From: Planctomycetota bacterium
GTDB taxonomy: Bacteria; Planctomycetota; Brocadiia; JAADGH01
DNA: 64,000 bases
Assembly: GCA_040755855.1 (NCBI GenBank)
Contig: JBFMAD010000002.1
Location: 160,001-224,000 of the forward strand
Reading direction: 5' to 3'
Shown one piece after another: positions 46,398-56,115 of this stretch. The position numbers were made by a program, and so were the translations under genes. How positions within the stretch are numbered: the stretch's first letter is position 1; each line of letters starts with the position of its first letter. The notes under the pieces were generated by a model that was not told the origin of the DNA, searched no databases, and saw nothing but the letters and a program-made list of their open reading frames with translations.

Positions 46398-47111
46398 ATG
46401 ACCATTCGGGAATACTTCCAGCGCTCCAAGAGCTACGCCGAGAGCATCCTCTTCATCCTGCCGCTCCTGGTTCTCTACGAGGTCGGCATCGCCCTGTCGG
46501 GGACGGGGGTGGAGAACGCGGCGGGCGCGATCATGAAGACGCCGATGCACCTCTTCGGCAAGAACGCGACGTTGGTGTTCAACGTGGTCGTGGCGCTGGT
46601 GTTCGTGGTGGCGCTGTTTGGGGCGTGCTCGGGGCGGAAGCTGGAGTTTCGGATCTTCGTCCCGATGTTTTTGGAGAGCCTGCTTTACGCGCTGTTGCTC
46701 CACCCTATGGTCGGCTTCATCATTGCGAAGGTTGTCCCCTTCGCCCTTGCGTCGGGGATGGAGGAGGCGCGCGTGTTCTTTGTCAAGATCGTCCTCGCCA
46801 TCGGCGCGGGGGTGTATGAGGAGATCGTGTATCGCTTGCTGCTCCTCTCGCTGTTGTTCTACGTGTTCAGAAAATCGTTCGAGATTCGGGAGAGCATCGC
46901 CGCAACGCTGACGATCCTGATCGCCTCGCTGATCTTCGCGGGGATGCACTATGTCGGCGGCTTCGGCGATTCGCTGATGGCGAGCAGCTTCGTCTTTCGG
47001 TTTCTCTGCGGACTCGCGCTTTCGAGCCTCTTCATTTTCCGGGGTCTGGGGATCGCGGTTTACACTCATGCGCTGTACGACTTCATCTATGTGATATGGC
47101 TGAGCGGATGA
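46398..47111 (+). CDS. CPBP (Abi/Rce1-like) intramembrane glutamic protease
   Basis: Multi-TM; YEEIVYR, FAGMHY, HALYD. Confidence 0.85.
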   Translation: MTIREYFQRSKSYAESILFILPLLVLYEVGIALSGTGVENAAGAIMKTPMHLFGKNATLVFNVVVALVFVVALFGACSGRKLEFRIFVPMFLESLLYALLLHPMVGFIIAKVVPFALASGMEEARVFFVKIVLAIGAGVYEEIVYRLLLLSLLFYVFRKSFEIRESIAATLTILIASLIFAGMHYVGGFGDSLMASSFVFRFLCGLALSSLFIFRGLGIAVYTHALYDFIYVIWLSG

Positions 47112-47692
47112 ACGAGATCATTGTCGCCATCACGGGGGCGAGCGGCGCGGCCTACGCCGTGCGCCTGCTCAACTTTCTTGCCGAGCGCGGCGTCCGCACG
47201 CATGTCGTCATCACCGAGGCGGGCGCGGTCGTCCTGGAGAAGGAGCTGGACGTTCGGCTCGACCTGCGCGCCCCGGACCTGAGCCGGTTGATCGAGAGGC
47301 CGACCAACGTGACCTACCACCACCACTCGGACATCGGGACCGGCATCGCCAGCGGGGCCTGCGCCGCCGAGGCGATGGTGATCGTTCCATGCAGCATGAA
47401 CACCCTGGGGGCCGTCGCCTCGGGCCTGGCGGGCAACCTGGTCGAGCGCGCCGCGGCGGTGATGATGAAGGAGGGCCGCCCCCTGATCCTCGTCCCCCGC
47501 GAGACGCCCCTGAGCGCCATCCATCTCCGGAACATGGCCCGCCTGGCGGAGGCGGCGGTCTGCGTCCTCCCGGCCATGCCGGGGTTCTATCATCGTCCGA
47601 AGGGCCTCGATGACATGATTGACTTCATCGTCGGGAAGATTTTGAATCGCCTCCGAATCGAAAACGATCTGGTGACCTACGATGCCGAGTGA
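47108..47692 (+). CDS. ubiX: Flavin prenyltransferase
   Basis: AITGASG, IASG, PCSMNTL, KEGRPLILVPRETP, PAMPGFYHRP. Confidence 0.95.
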   Translation: MNEIIVAITGASGAAYAVRLLNFLAERGVRTHVVITEAGAVVLEKELDVRLDLRAPDLSRLIERPTNVTYHHHSDIGTGIASGACAAEAMVIVPCSMNTLGAVASGLAGNLVERAAAVMMKEGRPLILVPRETPLSAIHLRNMARLAEAAVCVLPAMPGFYHRPKGLDDMIDFIVGKILNRLRIENDLVTYDAE

Positions 47693-49376
47693 ACGCTCCC
47701 AAACCATCTCGCCCCTGATGTTCCTCTACCTGGGGCTGATCGCCATCTTCTTCGCCGCGTTTCTCGTCTATCCGTTGCTCTATGTCTTTGCCCGCGCCTT
47801 CTGGTGGGACGGGAGGCTCGTTTTCCCGTTTGTGCACCTCTTTCGCAACGAGATCTACCGCGAGAGCCTCGGGAACAGCTTTATCCTCGCCGTCACGGTG
47901 ACGATCCTCGCGAGCGTCGTCGCCCTGCCGTTGTCATTCATTTTTGCGAAATATCGCTTTGCGGGCAAGGGGCTGCTGAGCGCCGCCCTGCTCGCGCCCA
48001 TGATCATGCCCCCCTTCGTCGGGGCCATCGGCGTCAGGCGCATCCTCAGCATGAGGGGCGGGGCGTTGAACTCGCTCCTGGTCATGGTCGGACTTGTGGA
48101 TCCCGAACACACGATCAACTGGCTCGGCAGCGGCTTTCTGGGCACGGTTGTCCTGGAGGTCCTCCACCTCTATCCGATCCTGTTCCTCAACGTCACCGCC
48201 GCCATGGCCAACATAGACCCCTCCCTCGAAGAGGCCGCCCGGAACATGGGGGACCACGGACTCCGCCTCTTCCGCAAGATCACGTTCCCGCTCCTCGCTC
48301 CGGGGTATTTCGCGGGCGCGGCGATCGTGTTCATCTGGTCGTTTACAGACCTCGGCACGCCGCTCATGTTCAACTACAACAAGGTGGCCGCCGTCCAAAT
48401 TTTCAACACGCGGATGGACGACAACCCCATCACCTACGTCCTCGTCGTCACCGTTCTGCTCATGACGGCGGCGCTCTTTCTCATCTCGCGCCTCCTCTTC
48501 ACGCGCAAAGAGACCCAGATGATGTCCAAGGGCACAGTCGGCGCCGTGGAGAAGGCCCCGAAGGCCGCGGGGCTGGCCGTCATCTACGCCCTCGTCCTCG
48601 TTGTCATCGGGCTGGCGTTGCTCCCCCACGCGAGCGTCATCCTCACCTCGGTTGCCGAGCGCTGGTCGGGCACGCCGCTGCCCACGGCGCTGACGGGCGC
48701 CTATTTCCGCGAGGTATTCACCGCCGACTACACGCTCCTGAGCATCCGAAACAGTTTCGTCTACAGCGTGGCCAGCACGTTAATCAACATCCTTATGGGG
48801 GTATCGGTGGCGTATGTGCTGGCGCGAAAGCGCTTCCTCGGCATGGTCCTCCTGGATGTCCTGTCCATGATGCCCCTGGCGATACCCGGCATTGTGCTGG
48901 CCTTCGGGTATCTCCGGGCGTTTTCGCAGACGGCCATTGACCCATGCTGGAACCCCACGGCCCTCCTCATCCTCAGCTACGCCGTCCGGCGGATGCCCTA
49001 CATGATCCGCGCCTCGATGGCGGGGTTTCAGCAGACCGACGTGGTGCTCGAGGAGGCGTCGCAAAACCTGGGCGCAAGCCCCCTGCGCACGGCGCTGCGG
49101 ATCACGCTCCCCCTCATCGCGGCCAACATCGTGGCCGGGGCGACGCTGTGCTTCTCCTTCGCCATGCTCGAGGTGAGCGACAGCCTGATCCTCGCCGACA
49201 CGAAGGCATATTTCCCGATTACGAAGATGATCTTTCACATGCAGGGCGATCTGGACCGGGGCGAGTTCAAGGCGTGCGCCTTCGGCGTCCTCGGCATGAT
49301 CCTTCTCGCCGCGACGCTCCTGTTCGCCGCGAAGATCCTCGGCAAGAAAATGGGCGCCATGTTCAGGATGGGATGA
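47682..49376 (+). CDS. ABC transporter permease, FbpB/iron(III)-thiamine type (duplicated domain)
   Basis: Two EAA motifs (LEEAARNMG, LEEASQNLGAS); many TMs. Confidence 0.92.
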   Translation: MPSERSQTISPLMFLYLGLIAIFFAAFLVYPLLYVFARAFWWDGRLVFPFVHLFRNEIYRESLGNSFILAVTVTILASVVALPLSFIFAKYRFAGKGLLSAALLAPMIMPPFVGAIGVRRILSMRGGALNSLLVMVGLVDPEHTINWLGSGFLGTVVLEVLHLYPILFLNVTAAMANIDPSLEEAARNMGDHGLRLFRKITFPLLAPGYFAGAAIVFIWSFTDLGTPLMFNYNKVAAVQIFNTRMDDNPITYVLVVTVLLMTAALFLISRLLFTRKETQMMSKGTVGAVEKAPKAAGLAVIYALVLVVIGLALLPHASVILTSVAERWSGTPLPTALTGAYFREVFTADYTLLSIRNSFVYSVASTLINILMGVSVAYVLARKRFLGMVLLDVLSMMPLAIPGIVLAFGYLRAFSQTAIDPCWNPTALLILSYAVRRMPYMIRASMAGFQQTDVVLEEASQNLGASPLRTALRITLPLIAANIVAGATLCFSFAMLEVSDSLILADTKAYFPITKMIFHMQGDLDRGEFKACAFGVLGMILLAATLLFAAKILGKKMGAMFRMG

Positions 49377-49379
49377 AGC

Positions 49380-49673
49380 ATGAAAATTTCCGAATTCCAG
49401 CGACTGATCGAAGAGACCTACTTCAAGCGCGATTCCGCCCGCGGCCTGGCGGGCACGTTCATGTGGTTCACCGAGGAGGTGGGCGAGCTGGCCACCGCCC
49501 TGCGCGAGGGGACGAAGGACGACCTGAAGGCGGAGTTCGCCGACGTTTTTGCATGGCTCTGCTCCCTCGCCAGCATTGTCGGGGTGGAGATGGAGGAGGT
49601 CGTGGTGAAATACACCTCCGGCTGCCCCGGCTGCGGCAAGATGCCGTGCCAGTGCGTGGACGAGAAAGGCTGA
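49380..49673 (+). CDS. MazG-like nucleotide pyrophosphohydrolase
   Basis: EEVGEL, EFADV, C-terminal CPGCGKMPCQC. Confidence 0.88.
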   Translation: MKISEFQRLIEETYFKRDSARGLAGTFMWFTEEVGELATALREGTKDDLKAEFADVFAWLCSLASIVGVEMEEVVVKYTSGCPGCGKMPCQCVDEKG

Positions 49674-49698
49674 ACTTAGACCGCCGCCTTCTCTCGCA

Positions 49699-50976
49699 TC
49701 ACTTCGGCTCGCCGCGAACGTCATAAACGTAGAGGTTCACGCCGTGGCGGAGGTAGAGCCGACCGCCGCAGATCACCGGGTGGGCGAAGCAGGGGCTGCG
49801 GCTCTCCTTGGGCAACTGGAACTCGCTGACCACCGCGAACCCGTCCGGCTTGACTGCGATCAGATACGTCTTGCCCTTCTCGGTAATCCCGTAGAGCATT
49901 CCATCCGCGTAGGCGAGAGAGAGTTTGTCTATGCTGTCGTCGGACTTGATGACCTTGCCCGTCTTGAGGTCTGCGCAGAAGAACGCCTTCCCGCCGGCCT
50001 TGCACGCGCTGAGGTATAGGCGGTTCTCCAGAAGGATCACGCCGCCGTGGCAGTTGTCCAACTCTTTGTTGCACCATAGCTCGGTAACGGGGTGGCGGCC
50101 GCGGCCGAGCTGGAGCAGCTTGCCTCCCGCCGAGTGCCCGCTGGCGACGAAGATATATCCATCTTGGAAAATGGGCATGGTGACGTTCTGGTCCATCGGC
50201 GTCACATGCGGGTGCGACCAGAGGAGCTTGCCCCGCTTGATATCCACCCCGATCACGGACTTCTGCGTTAGGGTGATTAGCTGCCGAGCGCCTTTGTACT
50301 TCACGATCAAGGGCGAGCAGTACCCCGCCCGTTCCTCGAGATCGCTATTCACCCAGACCGGCTTTCCCGTGCGCTTGTTCAGCGCCGCCACGAGGGCCTT
50401 CTTCCCGCCGGGGACGCAGAAGACCCGGTCGCCCTCCACGTTCACGTTCTCGGCGAAGGCCCACGTGCCGTGCTTCGCGCCGAACACGGTTGGGAGATCA
50501 ACGGCCCAGCGCTCCTTGCCCGTCTTCGCGTCGAAGGACGCCAGCCGCCCGTTCGGGCCCATGTGGTATAGGCAGCCCTCGTCGTACGTCGGCGTGGCGC
50601 GGGCGCCGGGGTAGGGGCCGTCCCAGCACTCGCCGTTGGGGGATTTCCACAACGGCTCCCCCTCCATGCTCAGCGCGATCAGCACCTCATCGTCGCCGAT
50701 GTCGCCGGAGGTGAAGATCATCCCTTCCGCGATGGTGACCGACGAGAACCCCTCGCCGCACTCGCTGAACTTCCAGAGGAGCGGCGGACCGCCCTCGGGC
50801 CACCGCTTGAGCAGGCCGGTCTCGGGCGAGATGTTGTCGCGGTTCGGGCCGTGGAAAGTGGGCCAGGAGGGCGCTTCGCCCTCCTTTGAATCCTTTGAGG
50901 TGCGCGACTGCGCGAGGCTCGACAGGACACCCGCCAGCAGGCAGGCGGCGCAGACTCTTATGATGGTCGTGTTCAT
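49699..50976 (-). CDS. Secreted PQQ-binding-like beta-propeller protein
   Basis: Signal peptide; WPTFHGPNRDN, GARATPT, GYCSP, HPVICGGRLYLR; ATGA overlap with upstream gene. Confidence 0.9.
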   Translation of the reverse strand: MNTTIIRVCAACLLAGVLSSLAQSRTSKDSKEGEAPSWPTFHGPNRDNISPETGLLKRWPEGGPPLLWKFSECGEGFSSVTIAEGMIFTSGDIGDDEVLIALSMEGEPLWKSPNGECWDGPYPGARATPTYDEGCLYHMGPNGRLASFDAKTGKERWAVDLPTVFGAKHGTWAFAENVNVEGDRVFCVPGGKKALVAALNKRTGKPVWVNSDLEERAGYCSPLIVKYKGARQLITLTQKSVIGVDIKRGKLLWSHPHVTPMDQNVTMPIFQDGYIFVASGHSAGGKLLQLGRGRHPVTELWCNKELDNCHGGVILLENRLYLSACKAGGKAFFCADLKTGKVIKSDDSIDKLSLAYADGMLYGITEKGKTYLIAVKPDGFAVVSEFQLPKESRSPCFAHPVICGGRLYLRHGVNLYVYDVRGEPK

Positions 50977-53900
50977 TGTGCTCCCAGACAGATCACTTGT
51001 CCACCGGTGGTCGAGAGGTAAAGCCGCCCCTGCGCCGCGATCATGCTGTCGAAGACCGGCATGGCGGTTAGCTTTTGCTCGGCGAGCCTCGCCCCGTCCG
51101 AGGCCGATACGGCCCAGAGGAGCGCGCCCTTTTTCCCGTCGAGGGCGGCGGCCTGCTCGACGAAGGCGGTTTGAATCTTCGGGTCGGTCAACTGCTTCGC
51201 CGCCTCCTCCTCGTCCAACAGATCGGGCGGGCCGGCGACGAACAGCGTCTTGTCGGCCAGCGCCATGGCGCGGACGGTTATCGGGACTTCCTTTGCCCAG
51301 CGGTGCTTCACCGCGAAAGGCAGCTGGAGGATGCCGGGTTTGGCTCCGATAAATTTTCCGCACCGTCCGGCCTTGCCCTCGTCGAGGCGAAGGCCCTCGG
51401 TCACGCCGTCATTGCCGCGGCCGGACTCGTCGGCAACCTTGCCCTCGCCCTTGGGATTGGCCTTGTCCTTGTCGAAGGAATAGCGGAGGACGAGCGTCGC
51501 GCCGGCCGCGGCGGTCTCGCCGGGATTGGCCGCGTGCTGCTGAATTTCGCCTGCGGTAAGAGGACCGTTGTAGACACGAACCTCGTCAATCATGCCCTTG
51601 AACCCGAAGGATGGCCGATAATCTCCCACGGCGCCTCCGGTATCCAGGCCGATGTCAATGCCCGTCTTCGGACCAAGCGTGGGAAGCCGGGGCGCGCGGG
51701 CCTCGCCGGCGAGCCTGCCGTTGACATACAGCTCGGCCTTGCCATCGGCCGTCAATACCGCCGCCAGATGGACCCATTGATTGACGAGGTGCTTGCCGCA
51801 GGCAGCCGTCGCAATCTGCTCCCCTGTCCGGACGATGAACTGCGGCTTGCCGGTATTGAACAGGAGGACGATGCCGTCAATCTTTCCCCCGCCTCTGGCC
51901 AGAACAACGCCGTTTCCGGTCTCCGAATTGACCCATGCCTCGATCGTGGTGGGGACGCTTCCCGGATTGAGGGATTCCGATGCGGCCACCTGGATGGACG
52001 AGGTCCGACCCTTCCGCTCGGGCATCTCGAAGTCGCCGCGCTCCTTCTCTGCGGCGAAGAGTGTGTATTCCAGGGGGGTCGTCCATCGGTAGTATTGGGC
52101 CTTGCGTCCATAGCCGTAAACGGTGTCGTCGTCGAATGTTAGGATTCGCCCGCCGGGGGTCATCAGCCCGGCCAGATAGTAGCCAGTTGCACTCGATGCG
52201 TACATCCGACCGTAGATCCAGTAGGAGCGATGGAACCACGCACCATCGAGGAGGCTCGTGGGGGAGAAGAGGTGCGCATCCTCTCCCACCTGCTTCGTGA
52301 CATCCTTGGTGGCGCTCCCTTCGCAAACGCCGTCCATCGAGAATCGGAGGGACTTCATGTAGACATGCTTTCCGTCGCTCGACAGGATGTCGGGCGCGGC
52401 GACGTCCAGCCCCTTGCCCTCCTGGCCGGTCTCATCGAGGAGGGTCTCGGACAGTTTCTGCCCGGTTTTTGCGTCGAGCCGGAGCAGCCGCATGCCGCCG
52501 TCCAGATACGACGAGCGCCCCGCCACGCAATACACCACGGCCGAACCTCCGGGAGGTTGCGGAACCACCAAGACGCTCCCCGAGACGGGCCAGAGGGATT
52601 CGACCTGCTCAAACCCCATCATCCGCCGGTCCTCCGGCGCGGCGCGGAAGCGCCAGATTAACCGGCCGTCGTCGGCTCGAAGACAATACACCCAGCCGTC
52701 GGCCGATCCGAACAGCACGCGCCCCTCCCAGATCGTCGGCGGGGAGTCCACCCGCCCGCCCGCGGTGTAGGCCCACGCTTCCTTGCCGGAGTCTGCGGCG
52801 AGGGCGTGGATCGTGTGGGCGTCAATCGCGGCCACAAACAGCTTGCCGTCGGCGAGGACGGGGCTGCTGAGCCGTCCGCCGAGGTCCGCCTGCCAGACCT
52901 GCGCCGCGTCGTAGGGGACGGATGTTTTCGCGTGGCCGCTGCGGCGTGTGTCGTGGCGATAGGTGGGCCAATCGTTCTCATTTTGGATTTTGGATTTTAG
53001 ATTTTGGATTTCGTCGGAATAGGCGGGGCCTTGCTGGATGCGGCCTCCGTCGCCGACCTCCTTGGGTGGTTTCCACGTGGGCGATTCGGGCGCGACGGCG
53101 CTGAAGGCGGACAGCTTGCCCTCGATGAAGCAGGCGCAGTCGTGCGGCGGGGCATAGATGAGGCCGTTGGCGGGCATGATGCCGTAGAGACACGCCCCGC
53201 GCACCCAGCGGTAGCCGACCCAGTCGGTCGTGTCCACATCCAGGAACTCGATGCCGCTGCGCCCCGTGAGAATGTAGCGGTCCGTGGCCTTGGACCGGTG
53301 GCAACGATGATGGCCCCAGCCTTGCCTTTCGGCAGGGACGTATTGCTTGCGCACTTCGCCCGTTTGCAGGTCGCGGCCGATGAACTCGCCTGAGTCCTCG
53401 CCCTGCGTCGTCGCCCCGGTCCACACCAAACCCGACGCCACGAGGATGTCCTCGGGGGACTGGTAGCCCGATGGCGGGTGCTCGACGGTCCAGAGCGTCT
53501 TGCCGGTTTCGACGGACAGGGCCTGCATGAAGTCCTGTGCGCCGTGGTGGGGGACCATGTTCTCGCCGCCGCAGAAAAACACCACGTCGTTATACACAAC
53601 AAGCGTCGGGGCATAGTCCGAGGTGAATTTCGCCGACCGAGGCAACGAGTCCGAGGCCCAGAGCTGTTTCCCCGTCCTGGTGTCCAGGCAGATCATCTTA
53701 TCGTTGTCGTAGAAAAACACCCGCTGCCCGTCGGCAGCGAGTGTGAGCGGGACGACCTGGCCCTGCTTTCGCCACAGCATCTGCCCGTTGCTGGCCTGGA
53801 CGGCCACGACCGCGCGGTCGGCTCCGTCGCAGTTCTCCTCCATCTGGCGCTTTCGGATATCGGCCACGCTGGACAGCGTGTCCCTTGCGTCCGGCCTGCC

Positions 53901-54899
53901 GACGACGAGGAACACGATGCCCTCGGAGACGATGATTTCTTCCGCGCCGGCCGTGCCGTCGAGGGTGCGAATGATATCCCCCGTCGCCGCATCGAGGACG
54001 CTGACGGGCGCATCGAAGCCAAGGGTGACATACACGCGATCCTCGACAGCGACGAGGCGGCGGGGAAGGTCCGCCGGTCCGCTCTTCAGGGGCCAGAGCT
54101 GCGTGTGCCACTTTTCGATTGGGCGCTTCCAGAGGATTGTTCCGTTGAAGGCGTCCCGCGCCGTGAGGAACCACTTGGAGGGCAGAATAATGGAGGCCGT
54201 CGGTCCCTCGTCGAAGATGTAGAAGATGCGTCCCCTGGCCGAGATGAGGGCGCTCATGCTGGCCATGTGGTCGTGGTGGCGGGCCCAGCGGGGACTGCCG
54301 TGCCACTGGTAGCGCCTCGGCGGGCCGATCACCGTGTCGTGCGCGACGGCGTTGTTGCTTGCGTCATGGAGATAGTGGGTCCATTCGTCAATCTCTTTGG
54401 GCCAGGGCTTCTGCAATTTTGGATTTTGGATTTGGGATTTTGGATTGAGGAGCAGGGCGACGCCGTTGGGGGCGAGGACGCGCATGATCTCCTTACTCTC
54501 CACTCCCCACTCTCCGCTTGCCACTACCAGGTTTACGAAGTTGTCAATGTAGGGCAAGTGTTTGCCGTCGAATGTGTCCACGGAGACGTTGCCGTAAGCG
54601 CCGAGGGAGCGGATGTGCCTTCGCGCCTGCTCGACGTTGGCAGGGTTTGCGTCCAGCCCGTGCACCAGGTATCGCTCGTTGAGGCGGAGCGCGGCGGTCA
54701 GTTTGCCGTCTCCGCAGCCGATATGAATGATCAGGCCGCCCTTCACCTCGGCGGACGAGAGGATGTCGCGGGCCAGGGCGGTTTCATTCTGCTGGCAGAC
54801 GCCATTGCCGCCTGCGAGAAGGACGACGCACAGCGACAGCGCGACAACGGCGAGCGCCGCGAAGGCCGGCTTTCCCGATCCTCGTGTTTCTTTCGGCAT
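50973..54899 (-). CDS. Large secreted PQQ-like beta-propeller protein with methyltransferase-like N-domain and LamG-like insert
   Basis: HIGCGDG, EWTHYLH, HHRC, RGAC, WPTYRHD, VDSPPT; WVHLAAV..LYVNG..FKGMIDEVRVYN (LamG). Confidence 0.88.
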   Translation of the reverse strand: MPKETRGSGKPAFAALAVVALSLCVVLLAGGNGVCQQNETALARDILSSAEVKGGLIIHIGCGDGKLTAALRLNERYLVHGLDANPANVEQARRHIRSLGAYGNVSVDTFDGKHLPYIDNFVNLVVASGEWGVESKEIMRVLAPNGVALLLNPKSQIQNPKLQKPWPKEIDEWTHYLHDASNNAVAHDTVIGPPRRYQWHGSPRWARHHDHMASMSALISARGRIFYIFDEGPTASIILPSKWFLTARDAFNGTILWKRPIEKWHTQLWPLKSGPADLPRRLVAVEDRVYVTLGFDAPVSVLDAATGDIIRTLDGTAGAEEIIVSEGIVFLVVGRPDARDTLSSVADIRKRQMEENCDGADRAVVAVQASNGQMLWRKQGQVVPLTLAADGQRVFFYDNDKMICLDTRTGKQLWASDSLPRSAKFTSDYAPTLVVYNDVVFFCGGENMVPHHGAQDFMQALSVETGKTLWTVEHPPSGYQSPEDILVASGLVWTGATTQGEDSGEFIGRDLQTGEVRKQYVPAERQGWGHHRCHRSKATDRYILTGRSGIEFLDVDTTDWVGYRWVRGACLYGIMPANGLIYAPPHDCACFIEGKLSAFSAVAPESPTWKPPKEVGDGGRIQQGPAYSDEIQNLKSKIQNENDWPTYRHDTRRSGHAKTSVPYDAAQVWQADLGGRLSSPVLADGKLFVAAIDAHTIHALAADSGKEAWAYTAGGRVDSPPTIWEGRVLFGSADGWVYCLRADDGRLIWRFRAAPEDRRMMGFEQVESLWPVSGSVLVVPQPPGGSAVVYCVAGRSSYLDGGMRLLRLDAKTGQKLSETLLDETGQEGKGLDVAAPDILSSDGKHVYMKSLRFSMDGVCEGSATKDVTKQVGEDAHLFSPTSLLDGAWFHRSYWIYGRMYASSATGYYLAGLMTPGGRILTFDDDTVYGYGRKAQYYRWTTPLEYTLFAAEKERGDFEMPERKGRTSSIQVAASESLNPGSVPTTIEAWVNSETGNGVVLARGGGKIDGIVLLFNTGKPQFIVRTGEQIATAACGKHLVNQWVHLAAVLTADGKAELYVNGRLAGEARAPRLPTLGPKTGIDIGLDTGGAVGDYRPSFGFKGMIDEVRVYNGPLTAGEIQQHAANPGETAAAGATLVLRYSFDKDKANPKGEGKVADESGRGNDGVTEGLRLDEGKAGRCGKFIGAKPGILQLPFAVKHRWAKEVPITVRAMALADKTLFVAGPPDLLDEEEAAKQLTDPKIQTAFVEQAAALDGKKGALLWAVSASDGARLAEQKLTAMPVFDSMIAAQGRLYLSTTGGQVICLGAQ

Positions 54900-55130
54900 G
54901 ATTTTGCTCCCTGATTTTGCGAATCGGAAAACAAGCCCATTTGATGAACGCGCCGCCGGGAGGCGGGCGACTTTCACCTTCCAACAGTGTAATCGAGGCG
55001 GACGCATCATTCAACAAGGTTTTTCTATTCCTTATCCCATGGGGTATTGACCCTATAATTGCCTTGCATCCCCGGCGTGGTCTGGGATAGAATGCACGCC
55101 GAATACAAAGCGCATCAAAGGAGGTAGGCC

Positions 55131-55640
55131 ATGTCCCCGCACGACGGTCCCCGCAGCCGACCGGGCTTTCTCGTGGTCGCTATTCTTGTGGCTATCGCCT
55201 TGCTGGCGGCCCTCTGGTACGTCCGCCGCTTGCCGGGGGCGCTGCCGGTGGACGAGCTGATCGGGCGACTGAAGTCCGGCACGCCCATTGAGCAGACCGC
55301 CGCCGCCGAGGGACTCGGCAAACTCGGCGACCCCGCCGCCGTTGATCCCCTCATCGCTGCGCTTGCCGCCAAGGAATGGTCCCTCCGCCGCGCCGCCGCC
55401 CTGGCCCTGGGCCAACTCCACGACGGCCGGGCGGTGGGGCCGCTCACTCAGCGGCTCGAAGACGACAACGTCTGGGTCGTCATCGAATCCGCCCAGGCCC
55501 TCGCCAAGATCGGCGACGCCTCCGCCGTCGAACCCCTTGAGAAACGCCTGAAGGCTGAGCAAAAGAAGAAAAAGGACCAGCAGAACACCGACCTCCTCAC
55601 TCACATCGAAACGGCGATCAAGACACTCAAGAGCAAGTAA
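55131..55640 (+). CDS. HEAT/PBS-lyase repeat protein with TM anchor
   Basis: AAAEGLGKLGDPAAVDPL-type repeats x3; AGGAGG RBS. Confidence 0.88.
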   Translation: MSPHDGPRSRPGFLVVAILVAIALLAALWYVRRLPGALPVDELIGRLKSGTPIEQTAAAEGLGKLGDPAAVDPLIAALAAKEWSLRRAAALALGQLHDGRAVGPLTQRLEDDNVWVVIESAQALAKIGDASAVEPLEKRLKAEQKKKKDQQNTDLLTHIETAIKTLKSK

Positions 55641-55662
55641 GCCAGCCGGGGCGACTGAATCC

Positions 55663-56079
55663 ATGCACGCAATCAAGATCATCGGATACCTGTTCTTCTT
55701 TACCGGCCTGTGGGTCTTCATCCGGCAGTGCCTCGAGATTCGAGGCAAGGAAGTCGCCTTTGGAACGGCGCACATCGAAACCGTGTCCGATTCCGAGGGA
55801 TCGGCGACCTACAAACTGTGGGTGTATTGGAAGGATAACGAAGGCAAGGATAGGGTTTATAAATCTTCGTTCAGCAGCTCAAGCACAGGCTACAAGCGGG
55901 GCGACAAGGTGAGAATCTACTACGACCGCGACAACCCCGACCACTGCGGAGTTCTCTCGTTCGGATATCGCTTCGGCATCGCCTGGGCGTTCATCCTCGT
56001 CGGTATCTCGATGATCCTCTTTGCCGTCGGGCATGCAGTGGGAAACCAGTGGATTGCCGAGCGCTTTCCCGCGATGTGA
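55663..56079 (+). CDS. DUF3592-like membrane protein
   Basis: TM - beta region - YKRGDKVRIYYDRDNP - TM. Confidence 0.7.
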   Translation: MHAIKIIGYLFFFTGLWVFIRQCLEIRGKEVAFGTAHIETVSDSEGSATYKLWVYWKDNEGKDRVYKSSFSSSSTGYKRGDKVRIYYDRDNPDHCGVLSFGYRFGIAWAFILVGISMILFAVGHAVGNQWIAERFPAM

Positions 56080-56115
56080 GCGGCTATCGTTGCGTTGCTT
56101 GCAGTCGGACTGCCG

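Noticed and set aside
50977..51363. N-terminal extension of the 554-aa ORF 49699-51363
   Set aside because: Overlaps the upstream gene; the ATG at 50976 gives a signal peptide and an ATGA overlap.
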